DNA of 64,000 bases, from contig JAXHMY010000009.1 of NCBI GenBank assembly GCA_034520965.1, forward strand, positions 1-64,000. The letters are read 5' to 3'. A model generated the notes under the pieces. It was not told where the DNA came from. It did no database searches and worked only from the letters and a program-made list of their open reading frames with translations. Positions 62,124 to 64,000 of this stretch are shown here, in pieces (positions within the stretch are counted from its first letter, which is position 1; every line of letters starts with the position of its first letter). The position numbers were made by a program, and so were the translations under genes. This DNA comes from Spirochaetia bacterium. GTDB taxonomy: Bacteria > Spirochaetota > Spirochaetia > DSM-16054 > Sediminispirochaetaceae.

Positions 62124-62405
62124 CTATCCCGCGTCGCGTTCGGCGCGTAACTTCTTGAGTTGGGCGACCAGGTCTTTTTGATCCGGGAAGGAAATTGCGT
62201 CGGCAGGACATATCTTCCCACAGGAAGTACAGCCGACAACGCAGTTGTATGGATTCACAACCACGCTTACGGAATCTTCCATGGAGAAAACCTCGTGGTC
62301 GCAGAAATCGACGCACTCACCGCAGCCGGTACATGCGTCGCTGTCAATTGTAGGATACCAGTCTATTTTTTCCCGAGGGATTCCCATATAGCTGTTGTCC
62401 GACAT
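62124..62405 (-). CDS. 4Fe-4S dicluster ferredoxin
   Basis: CTGCGECVDFC, CVVGCTSCGKICP. Confidence 0.9.
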   Translation of the reverse strand: MSDNSYMGIPREKIDWYPTIDSDACTGCGECVDFCDHEVFSMEDSVSVVVNPYNCVVGCTSCGKICPADAISFPDQKDLVAQLKKLRAERDAG

Positions 62406-62407
62406 AT

Positions 62408-62770
62408 CTATATCTCCTCCAATACCGTCTTGATGTCCTGGAAAGCCTGTTCTGTGGTTTTGAACTGGATCGAGACCGGTCTCCAGTTCTCTCCCTGCTT
62501 CATTGGTACACCCGCCTTCTCAAAACCGTCGCGGAGCAGTTTGACTTGCTTTTCGACCTTGCAGGCAGGGGTGACATAGACTACATCATCGCTCTTTAGT
62601 AAATCTTCCATAAGCGCTTCCCCGTTGGATTCACACAAACGCGTGTGCATCAGCATATAGTCATGGGGGAGCTCCATGCGGACCCGTTCCGCGAGTTCGG
62701 GAATGTTCAGATCCTTCATACTCGGGCAGGCAAAACTACAAGTGCACATAAGGATTGTTTTCTTAGGCAT
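62408..62770 (-). CDS. Cys-rich hypothetical protein (possibly HdrA N-terminal-like)
   Basis: CTCSFACPS, RLC, PAC. Confidence 0.55.
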   Translation of the reverse strand: MPKKTILMCTCSFACPSMKDLNIPELAERVRMELPHDYMLMHTRLCESNGEALMEDLLKSDDVVYVTPACKVEKQVKLLRDGFEKAGVPMKQGENWRPVSIQFKTTEQAFQDIKTVLEEI

Positions 62771-62898
62771 ATATTACTCCTTTGCTAAAAGTTTACCGTA
62801 AGCTTACGCTCCGGGTTATGCGACCTTTGCGGCCACTCACTCAGCAGCTGTTATGTCCAGCTGCTTTTTGTTCACCGATTCATCTCGGCTTACATTCC

Positions 62899-62935
62899 TT
62901 ATTGGTAATATAACCAAATTACCAATAATTGTCAA
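62899..62935 (-). promoter_or_regulatory. Promoter overlapped by an 11-bp inverted repeat
   Basis: TTATTGGTAAT-N8-ATTACCAATAA next to minus-strand TTGACA. Confidence 0.65.
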
Positions 62936-63013
62936 GGCAATATTATCGGTTTTTCTTGGAATTAAAACCTCCACACTGATTGTCCCTGGGCTCCAAGGGA
63001 GACTATAGACAGT

Positions 63014-64000
63014 TCACCTATTCGCCTTCCGGATGGCCGCCAAGACCCTGGACGGGGTGAAGGGGAGCTCCCTGATACGGGCGCCGGTGGCGTTGTAAAT
63101 CGCGTTGGCGATGGCCGCCGGAGGAGTGTCGATACCTATTTCCGCTATCGATTTCGCACCGAAGGGTCCGCTGGGCTCGTAGCTATCGGCCAGTTCTGCG
63201 GTGAGTTTCTTTACATCCTCCCGGTTGGGAATCTTGTAGTGCATCAGGTTGTTGGTGCGCATACCCCCCTTGGCGTTGTACTGTACATCTTCGTAGCGGG
63301 TCATACCGATACCTTGCAAAAGCCCCCCTTCGACTTGAATTCGCGCCAGGTTTGGGTTGATTGGAGTGCCGCAGTCTACCACCGCCACGTAGTTCAATAC
63401 ATCTACCTCACCGGTTTCGGTATCCACCTCCACCTCGACAAAACCGGCCAGGTATGGGGGAGGAGCTTTTTCACCGGAGTAGGAGCCTGAGGCGGAGAGG
63501 GTCTTCATGTTGGCCCCCTCGTGGTAGAGGGTGTCGTAGCTGAACTCTTTTAGGCTTACCTTTTTTGCTCCATCCTTTGTGCGCAGTTCCCGGCGGTCGA
63601 ACTCTACCTGTTCCGGATCGACGCCAAACTTCACCGCCGCCGCTTCGCGGAGAACCTGCTTCATGTTTTGGGCGGCTCGAACGACGGCGTTGCCGGAGAC
63701 GTAGGTGGTGCTCGAGGCGTAGGCTCCCACGTCGTAGGGGGTCAGATCGGTGTCGGAGGCGTAGACGACGATGTCGTCGCTGGAGACTCCCAGCTCTTCG
63801 GCGGCTATTTGGGCCAGAATCGTATCGCTGCCGGTTCCCAGATCGGTCGCACCGATGTGCAGCTTGAAGAACCCGTCGTCCTGCAGTTCCAGATAGGCCG
63901 AGCCCATGTCGATGAGGGGAATGCCAGAACCCTGCATGGCCAGGGCCACTCCTTTGGCCCGCACCTTTCCCGGTGCTGTTTCTTGGACGAGCTGTCCCGG
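63014..64000 (-). CDS. Xanthine dehydrogenase-family molybdopterin subunit (3' part)
   Basis: GATDLGTGSDT, AYASSTT, DCGTPINP, QVEGG, GPFGAKSIAE. Confidence 0.92.
   Translation of the reverse strand, partial: PGQLVQETAPGKVRAKGVALAMQGSGIPLIDMGSAYLELQDDGFFKLHIGATDLGTGSDTILAQIAAEELGVSSDDIVVYASDTDLTPYDVGAYASSTTYVSGNAVVRAAQNMKQVLREAAAVKFGVDPEQVEFDRRELRTKDGAKKVSLKEFSYDTLYHEGANMKTLSASGSYSGEKAPPPYLAGFVEVEVDTETGEVDVLNYVAVVDCGTPINPNLARIQVEGGLLQGIGMTRYEDVQYNAKGGMRTNNLMHYKIPNREDVKKLTAELADSYEPSGPFGAKSIAEIGIDTPPAAIANAIYNATGARIRELPFTPSRVLAAIRKANR

Noticed and set aside
47180..63867. Numerous antisense ORFs over the oxidoreductase, GGDEF, ars and XDH genes
   Set aside because: No motifs; explained by codon bias of the real genes
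1..64000. CRISPR array or cas operon
   Set aside because: No regularly spaced repeat-spacer array seen; the Cas4-like nuclease is solitary; the 102-bp repeats are coding
1..64000. Complete DGR, retron or group II intron
   Set aside because: No reverse-transcriptase ORF and no AAY-rich template copy of 4645-4800 recognised in the window

Overview
Accessory, mosaic region of a bacterial genome, probably a free-living spirochaete (spirochaete-type SSB, many lipoproteins; inference). There are many single-base frameshifts, several at homopolymers, so part of the apparent pseudogenisation may be assembly error. Left part (about 1-27 kb, AT-rich) is an integrated-element/defence region. It holds a YesMN-like two-component pair, a lipoprotein whose 3' end looks like a diversity-generating-retroelement (DGR) variable region with no RT or template repeat in the window, and an LlaI-like R-M locus (fused double m6A MTase, McrB-like GTPase with an inserted domain, DUF2357/McrC-like nuclease). 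It also holds a DUF6573-SSB-RadC-PD-(D/E)XK operon, a kinase pair, and ankyrin/secreted proteins. Two 3'-half tRNA scars (Arg-TCT at 26.9 kb, Leu-CAG at 29.9 kb) share the same upstream repeat architecture and look like att ends of related integrative elements. Directly after the second scar lie about 8 toxin-antitoxin-like loci in 6.6 kb, interleaved with gene fragments and repeated hairpins. Right part (GC-richer) holds MFS, S41 peptidase, LuxR/MalT regulators, oxidoreductases, a GGDEF protein and a macro-domain protein. It ends in an unusual arsenic cluster (acr3, three ArsR, CoA-disulfide-reductase-like, DUF169, ferredoxins, deleted arsDA, two YlbF-like proteins ending in Cys-Cys) and part of a xanthine-dehydrogenase-family Mo subunit. 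All family assignments are by motif recognition only; no database search was run.
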